Made by a program: the position numbers and the translations under genes. From an uncultured Gammaproteobacteria bacterium (GTDB lineage: Bacteria; Patescibacteriota; Patescibacteriia; 2-01-FULL-39-33), in the NCBI GenBank assembly GCA_964536975.1, contig CAZHYS010000001.1, positions 34,329 to 98,328 on the forward strand: a stretch of 64,000 nucleotides of DNA. The letters run 5' to 3'. Under the pieces are notes generated by a model, which saw only the letters and a list, made by a program, of their open reading frames with translations, did not search any database and was not told where the DNA came from. Each line of letters opens with the position of its first letter. Positions within the stretch are counted from its first letter, which is position 1. Below are positions 20,124-30,018 of this stretch, one piece after another.

Positions 20124-21047
20124 ATGCGTATTACTTTTAATATGGGCAATTATAATTTTAATTATCTGAGCAGTTTGGAGGCGGAGAGCATCTATATCAT
20201 CAGGGAGGCCTGGGCGGAATTTAAGAATCCGGTTATGCTTTATTCAATCGGCAAAGATTCTTCGGTTCTTGTCCATCTGGCCAAGAAAGCTTTTTTTCCG
20301 GCGCCGCTTCCCTTTCCCCTGCTTCATATTGATACCGGTTTTAAGTTTAGAGAAATGATTGAATTTCGGGACTGCTATACCAAGAAAATCGGCGCCAAGC
20401 TTATTGTTTATCAGAACCGTGAATCCAGAGCGCTGGATTTTAAAGCTGAAGACGCGGCGACAGACAGCTATATTTATTACAAGAAAACCAAACCGCTCTT
20501 GGAAGCGATTGCTCATTATGGCTTTGATGCCGCTATTGGCGGTTCGCGGCGTGAAGAAGAAAAATCTCGCGCCAAAGAAAGGATCTTTTCTGTCCGGCGG
20601 GAGCAAGGAGGTTGGGACCCCAAAAATCAGCGGCCGGAATTATGGAATTTGTACAATCCATGTCTCTCCGCCGGCGAGACAATGCGGGTCTTTCCTTTAT
20701 CTAATTGGACGGAAGCCGACATCTGGGCTTATATTAAACAAGAGAATATAGAAGTGGTCCCCCTTTATTTTTCCCAGGTCAGAAAAGTCGTTAAAAGAAA
20801 CGGCATTTATATTCGGCTAGATGAGTTTACCCAGCCACGAGAAGGGGAAGAGGTATTGGAAATGGAGTGTCGCTATCGGACTCTTGGCTGCTCGCCTTCT
20901 ACTGGAGCGGTACCATCAACGGCAAAAAATTTAGATGATATTTTAGATGAAGTTTTGGCGGCCGAAAATTCTGAACGAGAAACAAGAGCGATTGACGCAA
21001 CTTCCGCGGCAGCAATGGAGGAAAAGAAAAAAGAAGGATATTTCTAA
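20124..21047 (+). CDS. cysD: Sulfate adenylyltransferase subunit 2
   Basis: 'LEAESIYIIREAWAEFKNPVMLYSIGKDSSV' PAPS-reductase-like fold typical of CysD. Confidence 0.85.
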   Translation: MRITFNMGNYNFNYLSSLEAESIYIIREAWAEFKNPVMLYSIGKDSSVLVHLAKKAFFPAPLPFPLLHIDTGFKFREMIEFRDCYTKKIGAKLIVYQNRESRALDFKAEDAATDSYIYYKKTKPLLEAIAHYGFDAAIGGSRREEEKSRAKERIFSVRREQGGWDPKNQRPELWNLYNPCLSAGETMRVFPLSNWTEADIWAYIKQENIEVVPLYFSQVRKVVKRNGIYIRLDEFTQPREGEEVLEMECRYRTLGCSPSTGAVPSTAKNLDDILDEVLAAENSERETRAIDATSAAAMEEKKKEGYF

Positions 21048-21052
21048 AATCA

Positions 21053-22894
21053 ATGAATCAAATTACAAATTCAGACAAAGAAATTTTGCGGTTAGTCATC
21101 GCCGGCAGCGTTGATGATGGCAAGTCCACCCTGATCGGGAGATTATTTTTTGATTTGGATGAGATTTATAATGATCAACTGAATTCATTGCGAGAGTTGA
21201 GTCGGAAGCAGGGATTTGATGGATTAGATTTTTCCTTGTTTACCGATGGTTTGTCCGCCGAACAAGAGCAAAAAATTACCATTGATGTGGCTTATCGTTA
21301 TTTTTCTACTGATCGGCGCCGTTATATTATTGCTGATGTTCCGGGCCACGAACAATACACCCGTAACATGATCACAGGGGCATCCAATGCCAATCTGGCT
21401 TTGATTTTGGTTGATGCCAGAAAAGGATTGTTGCCGCAGTCGCGCCGCCATTTATCAATCGCCGCCCTGTTGGGAATAAAGCATATTTTAGTAGTGATAA
21501 ACAAAATGGACTTGGTTGGTTATCAAGAAAGCCGCTTTATTGAAATCAGGGAAGGTTTCTCTGATTATGCGGCTAAGCTAGGAATTTCTGATTTACAGTT
21601 CACCCCCATTTCCGCCACTACTGGCGAGATGGTTGTCAATCGAGGAGAGAATATGGGCTGGTATCAGGGACCGACGGTATTAAGCTATTTGGAAAACGTT
21701 TCTATCGCTGGTGACTATAACTTAATTGATTTTCGTTTTTCAATTCAGGGAGTAGTGCGCCCCAATCAAGATTTTCGCGGTTATCTCGGCCGAGTCTTGA
21801 GTGGTGAGATAAAAATCGGAGAAGAAATATTGATTTTGCCTTCCAGCCGCCGGACAAAAATCAAATCAATTATTTATGACGAAAAAGATCAGTCAGATGC
21901 GGTTGTGCCGCAATCAGTTTTATTGTCTTTTACCGATGAGGTTGACGCTAGTCGCGGCGATGTTGTGGCGCGGATTAATAATTTACCCGATGTCGCCAGT
22001 GAATTTGACGCTGATATCTTTTGGCTTTCATCAATGCCGCTTGATCCAGCCAGAAGCTATCTAATAAAACATTGTGCCATTAAGACCCGTTGTGTGGCGG
22101 AAAAAATCTATTATCGTCTTAATATCGAAACTCTGCATCGGGAAAACGCCGACAGATTGGAGATGAATGAAATTGGGAAGTTAAAGATAAAAACCGTCCA
22201 GCCGCTCGTCTTTGATGCTTACAAGCAAAATCGCCAAACCGGCTGTTTCATTTTGATAGATGAGATTAGCGGTGAAACAGTAGCGGCGGGAATAATTATC
22301 AAAAAAACCGTTTCTGCCAGCTCCTCGGCCGAGTCATTGGTTTCTAATTTATCATGGAAGGCGGATCATGACGGAGCGGTGATATGGTTTACCGGTTTGT
22401 CTGGATCCGGCAAGAGCACGATTGCTGATGAAACTTATCAGCGTCTAAAATCATCCGGCTATAAGGCAGAACGGCTTGATGGCGATTTATTGAGAGAATT
22501 TTTATGTCGCGATCTTGGTTTTTCTAAGGAAGACCGCGACAAAAACATTGAACGGGCAGCTTTTATCGCCGGCCTTTTGGCTAAACACGGGATTATTGTG
22601 CTGGCAACATTCATTTCACCTTATTATAAACATCGATCCTTGGCGAGGCAATTGGCCAGTGAAAAATTTTTGGAGATTTTTGTTGACACCTCATTAGCCG
22701 AATGTGAACGGCGCGACGTCAAGGGGCTTTATCAAAAAGCCAAGCGCGGCGAGATAGAAAATTTTACCGGCGTTAGTGATGTTTATGAAGCGCCGAAAAA
22801 TCCTGACTTAGTGTTGGCGACGGAAAAATCATCTTTGGCTGAATGCGTGGAAAAGACACTCCTTCTATTAAAGGAGAGGGGAATTATCAAATAA
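21053..22894 (+). CDS. cysNC: Bifunctional sulfate adenylyltransferase subunit 1 / adenylylsulfate kinase (CysN-CysC fusion)
   Basis: GTPase motifs 'AGSVDDGKST', 'DVPGHEQY', 'NKMD'; C-terminal APS kinase P-loop 'WFTGLSGSGKSTIA'. Confidence 0.85.
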   Translation: MNQITNSDKEILRLVIAGSVDDGKSTLIGRLFFDLDEIYNDQLNSLRELSRKQGFDGLDFSLFTDGLSAEQEQKITIDVAYRYFSTDRRRYIIADVPGHEQYTRNMITGASNANLALILVDARKGLLPQSRRHLSIAALLGIKHILVVINKMDLVGYQESRFIEIREGFSDYAAKLGISDLQFTPISATTGEMVVNRGENMGWYQGPTVLSYLENVSIAGDYNLIDFRFSIQGVVRPNQDFRGYLGRVLSGEIKIGEEILILPSSRRTKIKSIIYDEKDQSDAVVPQSVLLSFTDEVDASRGDVVARINNLPDVASEFDADIFWLSSMPLDPARSYLIKHCAIKTRCVAEKIYYRLNIETLHRENADRLEMNEIGKLKIKTVQPLVFDAYKQNRQTGCFILIDEISGETVAAGIIIKKTVSASSSAESLVSNLSWKADHDGAVIWFTGLSGSGKSTIADETYQRLKSSGYKAERLDGDLLREFLCRDLGFSKEDRDKNIERAAFIAGLLAKHGIIVLATFISPYYKHRSLARQLASEKFLEIFVDTSLAECERRDVKGLYQKAKRGEIENFTGVSDVYEAPKNPDLVLATEKSSLAECVEKTLLLLKERGIIK

Positions 22895-23037
22895 TGCTGG
22901 CTCTCTTTTTTTTGACAACCGCGGACGGCTAAATTGACAACAACTCATTATATTTTCCGGTCTTGACAAAAATTGACCGAAAATTGTTTTAAAATTATAA
23001 TTAAATCAGTAAGCATCTGATCAGGACTAATATCTAA

Positions 23038-24708
23038 ATGAAAAAATATCTTTTATTTTTTTTATTGTTGCTGTCGGTAGTTTTTTTGCCGACACTGGAG
23101 GCGGCGGCCTATGTGCCTTCCGACCCGCTTTATCCGTCGCAGGCGTATCTAAGTCAGATTTACGCTCCTTCGGCCTGGGAAGAGGCGCGAGGCAAGGGAG
23201 TGGTGGTGGCGGTTTTGGACTCTGGCGTTGATGTTGATCATCCTGATCTGGAGTTTAATATCTGGAAGAATTCCGATGAGAAGGCCGGCGACGGAATTGA
23301 CAATGACAATAACGGTTATATTGATGATATAAATGGTTGGGATTTTGTTGCCGAAGCCGCCGATCCTCGGCCCAAGCTTGACGAAGGATATTCTATGGCT
23401 GGTGTCAACCATGGCACAGCGATCGCCGGACTAATTGGCGCGGTGGCCAATAACGGCAAAGGCATTGCTGGTGTCGCTTTTTATTCCAAGATAATGCCGA
23501 TCAGAATTTTGGGCAGTGATGGCACTGGCGATGTCGCCAATCTGATCAAAGCCATTCGTTATGCCGTCAACAATGGCGCCGATATTATTAACCTAAGTCT
23601 AGTGGGCTATGACTACAGTGCCGAATTGCAGGAGGCGGTTATCTGGGCGAAGAACAAGGGCGTTTTAATTGTTGCTTCGGCCGGCAATAGCAGCGAGAAT
23701 GGGGGAATAGATTTGGACAATCAGCCGGCTTATCCGGCTTGCTATGGTGATAATCAGACAAATAATTTGGTTATCGCGGTTTCAGCGGTTGATGGGGCGG
23801 ACAAAAAATCATCCTTCACCAACTATGGCCATTGCATTGATGTCAGTGCGCCCGGCCAGAGCTTGGTGAGTTTGGCTCATTATGACCCGGCCAATGGTTT
23901 TAACAATTATTATTCTTATGATTGGCAGGGGACGTCTTTTTCCGCCGCGTTAGTTTCCGGCCTGGCCGCGCTTATTAAGTCAAAAGATCTTTCCTTATCG
24001 CCAGCCGAGATCGCGGAAATATTATTGCTTGGCACCGACGATATCTATACTTGGAATCCAAGCTTTATGGACGAGTTGGGAACCGGCCGAATAAATGCCG
24101 GCTTGGCGCTCGGCAGCGACTTGATTTCTGGTAACGGTTATCTGGCCAAACTGGCAAGCGGGCCGGCAGTATATTTTGTAGACGGCCGAGGTCAACGGCA
24201 CCTTTTTTCCAACGAGGCGACTTATTGGAGTTGGCATCAGGGCTCTTGGTCAAAACAGGATATCAAAACTATTTCCCAAGATGAGTTTGACAGTTTGGAG
24301 GCTGGTGTCAATATTACCGTCCGCCCGGGAACCAATTTGATCAGATTTGAAAACAGTCCGCGGGTGTACGCCGTCGGGACAGAAAGAGATATCTATTATC
24401 TTGATACGGAAATGGCAGCGCGTCTCTACGGCGCCGATTATCTCTCCCGCACGGTTGTCGTTCAGAATGCCTTTGAGACAGATTATGATAGAATGGGTCA
24501 ATGGTTGAATATTTTTTATCCACCCGCGACGATTATTGCCGTTGGCTCTGATCGGTATTATATTGACGGATTGACAAGGCGGCCGGTCAGTGAAGCGATT
24601 TTTACGGCCAATAAATTTGATGCTAATTATGTGATTGGCGACCCGGACGACTCTTTTAATTATCAGAATGGCTTGGATTTGGGAATATTGCCGACTTATG
24701 AAATATAG
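23038..24708 (+). CDS. Secreted S8 (subtilisin-like) serine peptidase with C-terminal extra domain
   Basis: Signal peptide; catalytic Asp 'VAVLDSGVD', His 'HGTAIAG', Ser 'GTSFSAALVSG'. Confidence 0.8.
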   Translation: MKKYLLFFLLLLSVVFLPTLEAAAYVPSDPLYPSQAYLSQIYAPSAWEEARGKGVVVAVLDSGVDVDHPDLEFNIWKNSDEKAGDGIDNDNNGYIDDINGWDFVAEAADPRPKLDEGYSMAGVNHGTAIAGLIGAVANNGKGIAGVAFYSKIMPIRILGSDGTGDVANLIKAIRYAVNNGADIINLSLVGYDYSAELQEAVIWAKNKGVLIVASAGNSSENGGIDLDNQPAYPACYGDNQTNNLVIAVSAVDGADKKSSFTNYGHCIDVSAPGQSLVSLAHYDPANGFNNYYSYDWQGTSFSAALVSGLAALIKSKDLSLSPAEIAEILLLGTDDIYTWNPSFMDELGTGRINAGLALGSDLISGNGYLAKLASGPAVYFVDGRGQRHLFSNEATYWSWHQGSWSKQDIKTISQDEFDSLEAGVNITVRPGTNLIRFENSPRVYAVGTERDIYYLDTEMAARLYGADYLSRTVVVQNAFETDYDRMGQWLNIFYPPATIIAVGSDRYYIDGLTRRPVSEAIFTANKFDANYVIGDPDDSFNYQNGLDLGILPTYEI

Positions 24709-25129
24709 TTTAAGACAAATATTTTTTTTCCTGCTTGGCTGGATCCTGCTTAGGCAATTTGTCAAATTTTGCCTGGTTGGCTTTACTAATCTATTGGTTG
24801 ATTTTTCAATTTATTGGTTGTTGACTAGGGTTTTTGACTGTTTTTATATTGTCGCGGCAATACTTTCTTTTCTAGTGGCGGTAACTTGGAGTTTTTTTAT
24901 CAATCGCCGCTGGACCTTTCGGCATTTTTGCGGTGACATCAAAATTCAATATCTAAAATTTTTTACCGCCAATCTGATCAGTCTGGGCTTAAATTTGCTT
25001 ATTTTTTACGCGCTGGTGGAATACGGCCAGCTGAATGATTTATTAGCTAAGCTTATCGTGGCAATAATTGTCGCTTTTTTCAATTTTGCCATCAATCGTT
25101 TTTGGACCTTCCGTCGGGAAAATCCTTGA
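24698..25129 (+). CDS. GtrA-family membrane protein
   Basis: 'FVKFCLVGFTNLLVDFSIYWLL', four TM helices, about 140 aa. Confidence 0.7.
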   Translation: MKYSLRQIFFFLLGWILLRQFVKFCLVGFTNLLVDFSIYWLLTRVFDCFYIVAAILSFLVAVTWSFFINRRWTFRHFCGDIKIQYLKFFTANLISLGLNLLIFYALVEYGQLNDLLAKLIVAIIVAFFNFAINRFWTFRRENP

Positions 25130-25203
25130 TTTTTCCGGTTGTTTTTGGTCGGTTTTTTTGGTACAATGTTGATAACTTTTTAAGATTAATTTAACTTTTA
25201 TTT

Positions 25204-26214
25204 ATGCCCAAAGAAGTGATTTTTGACAAGAAAAATATCTTAGTGGCTGGCGGCGCGGGATTCATCGGCTCTCACCTTTGTGATGAATTGGTCAATGGAA
25301 ACAAGGTAATCTGCTTGGACAATTTATTGACTGGCGATGACGCTAATATCGCCCATTTGCTTCAAAATCCCGATTTCAAATTCATCAACCACGATATTAC
25401 GGTGTCAATTGACCTAGCCAAGCAGCCCGAGCTCCGCGACTTTAAAGTGGAATTTCAAGGATTGCAGGAGATTTACTTTTTGGCATCGCCGGCTTCTCCG
25501 CGAGACTATGAGCGTTATCCGATAGAGACAATGGCCGCCAATTCTCTCGGCTTGAAAAATGCTTTGGATATGGCGGTAAAATACAAAGCGCAGTTTTTGT
25601 ATGTTTCCGGCCCGGCGGTTTATGGAGCGCCAGAAAGCAAAAAGCCGATCCGGGAAGATTATGTCGGCCGAGTTGACCAATTATCCGCTCGCGCTTGCTA
25701 CGCCGAAGCGCAGAGATTTGGCGAAACGCTGGTCAATAACTATCGCCTCAAAGAGAACATTGACGCCAAAATAGTCAGGGTGTCCAATTGTTATGGTCCG
25801 CGAATGCGTTTGGATGACGGCCGGCTTATTCCTGACATTGTCCGGCTGGCGGTCAAGGGTGAGCCAATAAATTTGGCCGGTCGAGCCAAGGATAAAGGCG
25901 CTTATTTTTTCATTTCTGATCTTATTAGGGCGCTAATCAAGGCGATGGAAGTCCCCGAATGGGGGCCGTTTAATTTGGCTTCAGAGTGGGAAATGACAAT
26001 GAAGGAAGTCGCGGAAAAAATCATTAAGACAGCCGGATCCGTTTCGGTCATAAGTTATCAAGAGTCAGGCGATACGTCTGTTCAGCCGATGCTGGATATT
26101 TCCACCGCCAAAGAAAAACTCGGCTGGTTTCCGGTAGTCTTGTTTGACGAGGGAATAAAGGCGACAGTGGATTATTTGAGCGCTCAAAAAGATATTTTGC
26201 GGCCGAAAGAATAA
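25204..26214 (+). CDS. UDP-glucuronate decarboxylase (UXS)-like extended SDR with substituted catalytic residues
   Basis: 'ILVAGGAGFIGSHL' Rossmann; near-collinear with UXS through 'ARACYAEAQRFGE' and 'GPRMRLDDGR', but expected T/E/K positions read G/A/Q. Confidence 0.7.
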   Translation: MPKEVIFDKKNILVAGGAGFIGSHLCDELVNGNKVICLDNLLTGDDANIAHLLQNPDFKFINHDITVSIDLAKQPELRDFKVEFQGLQEIYFLASPASPRDYERYPIETMAANSLGLKNALDMAVKYKAQFLYVSGPAVYGAPESKKPIREDYVGRVDQLSARACYAEAQRFGETLVNNYRLKENIDAKIVRVSNCYGPRMRLDDGRLIPDIVRLAVKGEPINLAGRAKDKGAYFFISDLIRALIKAMEVPEWGPFNLASEWEMTMKEVAEKIIKTAGSVSVISYQESGDTSVQPMLDISTAKEKLGWFPVVLFDEGIKATVDYLSAQKDILRPKE

Positions 26215-26233
26215 TTTTTTAATTTTTTTACTT

Positions 26234-26268
26234 CCCAAAATGCCCCCGATCACCGGGGGCGTTTTGGG
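26234..26268 (+). terminator. Hairpin downstream of UXS-like gene
   Basis: 'cccaaaatgcccccgatcaccgggggcgttttggg'. Confidence 0.5.
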
Positions 26269-26313
26269 ATTAGTTGGGTTGTTTTTTATCTTTAAAAATG
26301 TCATAATTCAGTT

Positions 26314-26973
26314 ATGAAAACACTGGTTATAATACCCGCCAAAGATGAAGCGGAAAAAATTTTTTCAGTCGTTGAAGGAGTTCATCAAAACGGTTTTGAA
26401 GTCTTGGTCGTGGATGACGGCTCTTGCGATAACACCGGTGAATTGGCCAAGTCTGCCGGAGCAAGAGTGGTCCGCCATCCCATCAATCGCGGCCAGGGCG
26501 CGGCAATAAAAACAGGAATTGATTATGCCTTGAAAATGGATTATGATGCGGCGGTTTTTTTTGATGCCGACGGCCAAATGACGGCAGCGGAGATAAGTAA
26601 AATCCTTATTCCTCTTGAAAAAGGCAGTCAGGTGGCGCTGGGATCGCGTTTTTTGGGCTTAGCCGAAAACATTCCCTGGTCCAAGTGGCTGACTTTGCGT
26701 CTGGCTTTGATTTTTACCCGGCTCAACACCGGCCTCCGGCTTACTGATACCCACAATGGTTTTCAAGCTTGGTGCCGCGATGCGCTTTTAAAAATCAATT
26801 TGACTCAAGATCGCCAGGCCTATGCCTCGCAGCTACTTCAAGAAATTGCTCGCAATAAAATAGCTTATCAGGAAGTGCCAGTTACTATTGTTTACACCGA
26901 TTATTCCAAGCGTAAAGGGCAGAGCATTTTCAATGCTTTCAATATTTTGTGGGATTTAATCATAAAAAAATAA
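26314..26973 (+). CDS. GT2 glycosyltransferase (DPM1-like)
   Basis: 'VIIPAKDEAEKI...VLVVDDGSCDNT', 'FFDADGQ'. Confidence 0.75.
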   Translation: MKTLVIIPAKDEAEKIFSVVEGVHQNGFEVLVVDDGSCDNTGELAKSAGARVVRHPINRGQGAAIKTGIDYALKMDYDAAVFFDADGQMTAAEISKILIPLEKGSQVALGSRFLGLAENIPWSKWLTLRLALIFTRLNTGLRLTDTHNGFQAWCRDALLKINLTQDRQAYASQLLQEIARNKIAYQEVPVTIVYTDYSKRKGQSIFNAFNILWDLIIKK

Positions 26974-26977
26974 TTTT

Positions 26978-27310
26978 ATGCTCATCCAGTTGATTTTGGT
27001 CGCGGCAATCATTCTTATTATTCTCCGGCTCATAATTCAGCTTAAGCGCCAAAGAATCTCTGGCGGAGAATTTGCCGGCTGGATTATCATCTGGCTGGCG
27101 GCAGCAGTAGTCATTTTGTTCCCGGATATAACCAGTTTTTTGGCGATAAAAGTCGGCGTTACCCGCGGCGTAGATTTGGTGATCTATGTTTCGGTGGTAT
27201 TGGTATTTTATTTGCTATTTAAGCTGTTGATGCGGATTGAAAAAATAGAAAGGGATATTACCGAACTGTGCCGCCGGATCGCCTTGGGTGATAAAGAAAA
27301 AAAAGATTGA
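26978..27310 (+). CDS. DUF2304-like small membrane protein
   Basis: 110 aa, two TM helices plus charged tail, classic GT2 partner position. Confidence 0.5.
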   Translation: MLIQLILVAAIILIILRLIIQLKRQRISGGEFAGWIIIWLAAAVVILFPDITSFLAIKVGVTRGVDLVIYVSVVLVFYLLFKLLMRIEKIERDITELCRRIALGDKEKKD

Positions 27311-28188
27311 CTATGTGTCCTATTTGCTTGGGCCAATCAAAGCTTTATCTTGATTACCAAAAAATCAGCAAGGGTGATTATCGTCTCTGGCGATGTGAAA
27401 AATGCGGCTTGATTTATACCGAGCCGTTGCCGTCACCCGGCTTCCTGGCGGATTTTTATCAGACTTATGACAGTTTTGGCGCTCAAGACAATTATTATAG
27501 AGATTTAAAAAATTATGGTAAAACGCGAGCGGGTCGGGAATTGACCCAAGAATTTTCCCGATTAGCCAAGCAGTATGGCTTCCATCGCGACCGGAAAATT
27601 TTGGACTTGGGGAGTGGCGGCGGAATGTTTTTGGACATCGCTACCCGGGCAGGGTTTACGGCATTGGGAGTAGAAGTCAGCTATCCGGCCGCGGAATTCG
27701 CTATAAATAATTTTGGCGTGGACTGCATGGTTGGCGATGTCTCGTCGTTTGAAACAGCAGAAAAATTTGGCGCGGTGTTCATGTGGGATTTATTGGAGCA
27801 TTTGCCGCGGCCAGATGAACTTTTGGTCAAAATCAGCGGCTGGCTCGATCGGGGCGGCTATCTGATTTTTGAAACGCCAAACAGTGAAGCATTGATAAAT
27901 AAAATTATAATTTTGTTGTTAAAATTAGGCATTACTTGGCCGGCTGGCTGGATGTTCGGCTATCATCATTTGTTTTGGCATTCGCGGCAGTCGTTGGAAT
28001 TGATGCTGACGCGTTGTCATTTTGAAATTTTGGAAGTAAGATTATCAAATACTTTGCCGGAACGGATCTTTCCTTGGAGCTTGAAATTTTTTCTTCCTCG
28101 CTTGGCTCTTATCGCCGTAAACGCGGCCGCCGCGGTAGTCGGCCGAAAAAATAAGATATTAATAATCGCCAGAAAAAGTGAAAACTAA
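27307..28188 (+). CDS. SAM-dependent methyltransferase with N-terminal Cys4 zinc-ribbon
   Basis: 'CPICLG...CEKCG'; motif I 'ILDLGSGGGMF'. Confidence 0.7.
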   Translation: MTMCPICLGQSKLYLDYQKISKGDYRLWRCEKCGLIYTEPLPSPGFLADFYQTYDSFGAQDNYYRDLKNYGKTRAGRELTQEFSRLAKQYGFHRDRKILDLGSGGGMFLDIATRAGFTALGVEVSYPAAEFAINNFGVDCMVGDVSSFETAEKFGAVFMWDLLEHLPRPDELLVKISGWLDRGGYLIFETPNSEALINKIIILLLKLGITWPAGWMFGYHHLFWHSRQSLELMLTRCHFEILEVRLSNTLPERIFPWSLKFFLPRLALIAVNAAAAVVGRKNKILIIARKSEN

Positions 28189-29233
28189 TCCCAAAATTAC
28201 TATTGTTATTGTCACCCACAATGCCAGGCACTATATCCAAGATTGTTTGGAGAGTGTCTGGCATCAGAATTATCCGTCAGCTGCGGTCAGGGTAGTGGTG
28301 GTGGATAATGATTCATCTGATAGCACGGTCGGGTTTATCCGCGAGGTTTTTCCGTGGGTTAAAGTGATAGAAAATCGGACCAACCGCGGCTTTGCCGAGG
28401 CCAATAATCAGGGATATTTTTTGGCGTTGAAGAACGGCTCGGAGTATCTGGCTCTCCTCAATCAAGATACAATCGTCTCCCGCGACTGGCTGAGGCGATT
28501 GGTTGACGCGATATCCTCGCGGCCAAAAATTGCCGGTGTTCAGCCGAAAATCCTGCTTCATCCCGAAACTAGCCTGATCAACAGCTTTGGCAATAGTTTG
28601 CATTTTTTAGGATTCGCTTATTGCAATAAATACCGCCAGCCGGACAAGGAACGGGAAACGGCGCCGTTTGAAGTGTCTTACCTTTCCGGCGCCGCTTGCC
28701 TTTTGAAAATGTCTACGCTCAGAGAAACCGGCCTATTTGATGAGCGGCTGTTTATGTATCATGAGGATGTTGATCTTGGTTGGCGCCTGCGTCTTTATGG
28801 CCAGCGGCTGCTGGTTGATCCATTGGCAGTCGTTTATCACAAATATTCCTTTAGTAAAGCCAAGTACAAGTTCTATTACATGGAACGTAACCGGCTAGTT
28901 GTGACTTTGGAGATTTATCATTTGGCGACGCTGATTTTGTTTTTTCCGGCGTGGTTGGCGATGGAGGCGGGGATTATCGCTTTGGCCGTTAAAAACGGTT
29001 GGTGGAGAGAAAAACTTAAAGGTTATCGCTGGGTAATATTTCATTGGCCGTCCATCCTGAGCCGGCGGCTGGATTATCAATTCAAATTGCGCCGCGTCAA
29101 GGATCGGGAGATTTTGCGATTATTCACCGGCTCAATTAAGTTTCAGGAAGTCAGTTATTGGCCGTTGACTTTGGTTATTAATCCACTGATGGAGCTTTAT
29201 TTCTGGCTGGCAAAAAAAATAATTTTTTGGTAA
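28178..29233 (+). CDS. GT2 glycosyltransferase (rhamnosyltransferase-like)
   Basis: 'ITIVIVTHNARHYIQDCLESV...VVVVDNDSSDST', 'GACLLKMSTL'. Confidence 0.75.
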   Translation: MKTNPKITIVIVTHNARHYIQDCLESVWHQNYPSAAVRVVVVDNDSSDSTVGFIREVFPWVKVIENRTNRGFAEANNQGYFLALKNGSEYLALLNQDTIVSRDWLRRLVDAISSRPKIAGVQPKILLHPETSLINSFGNSLHFLGFAYCNKYRQPDKERETAPFEVSYLSGAACLLKMSTLRETGLFDERLFMYHEDVDLGWRLRLYGQRLLVDPLAVVYHKYSFSKAKYKFYYMERNRLVVTLEIYHLATLILFFPAWLAMEAGIIALAVKNGWWREKLKGYRWVIFHWPSILSRRLDYQFKLRRVKDREILRLFTGSIKFQEVSYWPLTLVINPLMELYFWLAKKIIFW

Positions 29234-29265
29234 CTTGTCTTTCAGGTAGGCTTGGTTGTGGACTA

Positions 29266-29300
29266 AACAAAAAACAACCCCGAATATTCGGGGTTGTTTT
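29266..29300. terminator. Bidirectional hairpin terminator between convergent genes
   Basis: 'aaaaaacaaccccgaatattcggggttgtttt'. Confidence 0.7.
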
Positions 29301-29309
29301 GTATCATGA

Positions 29310-30017
29310 TTAATTTTCGTATCCGGTAAAATTTTCTTTTTTTATTCTTTCCGGCGGCACGCCGATTTCAACCAAGGCGCCAACAGCGGCCTCAACCATG
29401 GCCGCCGGTCCGGCGATCATATAGCAATCAGATCGCGTGTTGGTCCGATTACTGATGAGATTGGCGCTGATTTTTCTTTTTTCTCCCGGCCAATTTTTTT
29501 CTTCGGTCATTGTAAAAACAATTTCTATGTTTGGGTTGTTTTTTGCTAACTCGGTCAATTCGTCAAAAAAGGCGGTTGATCCTCGGTTGCGGTTGGAATA
29601 AATCAAGACGATTCGGTGGCCGGTTTTTTCGGCCGCGACATATTTTATCATACTCATAAAAGGCGTGATGCCGATTCCGCCGGCGATAAATGCCAGTCGG
29701 CAGCCGGTTTCGGCGGGTAGGATAAAATCTCCGCCAACATTACCAACTTCCACTTCTTCGCCCAAGGCCATTTCCGCCAAGGTTTTTTTGAATCCGCTGC
29801 CAGTCAACCGGGTGGCGATGGTTATTAAGCCGCTTTCTTGCGGTGTGGAAACAATTGAAAAAATTCTATTATTGCCGCGCGAGTCGGAGTATTTCAATTG
29901 CGGTATTGTCATAGTCAGATATTGTCCGGGCAAAAAAGACAAGGTTTCTTTTGCGCCAAAACTCGCCGCCAATGTATCGCGGGCGATAATTTTTTTGTCT
30001 TTGAGTATTGCTATCAT
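29310..30017 (-). CDS. FAD/NAD(P)-binding oxidoreductase (ferredoxin-NADP reductase / PyrK-like fold)
   Basis: 'RIFSIVSTP' FAD-binding, 'FIAGGIGITPFMSM' NAD-binding; start set at Met 30017 to avoid overlap. Confidence 0.6.
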   Translation of the reverse strand: MIAILKDKKIIARDTLAASFGAKETLSFLPGQYLTMTIPQLKYSDSRGNNRIFSIVSTPQESGLITIATRLTGSGFKKTLAEMALGEEVEVGNVGGDFILPAETGCRLAFIAGGIGITPFMSMIKYVAAEKTGHRIVLIYSNRNRGSTAFFDELTELAKNNPNIEIVFTMTEEKNWPGEKRKISANLISNRTNTRSDCYMIAGPAAMVEAAVGALVEIGVPPERIKKENFTGYEN

Positions 30018-30018
30018 A

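Noticed and set aside
24250-24765. 171-aa ORF on - strand
   Set aside because: Antisense to the C-terminal part of the S8 peptidase and GtrA genes; no RBS.
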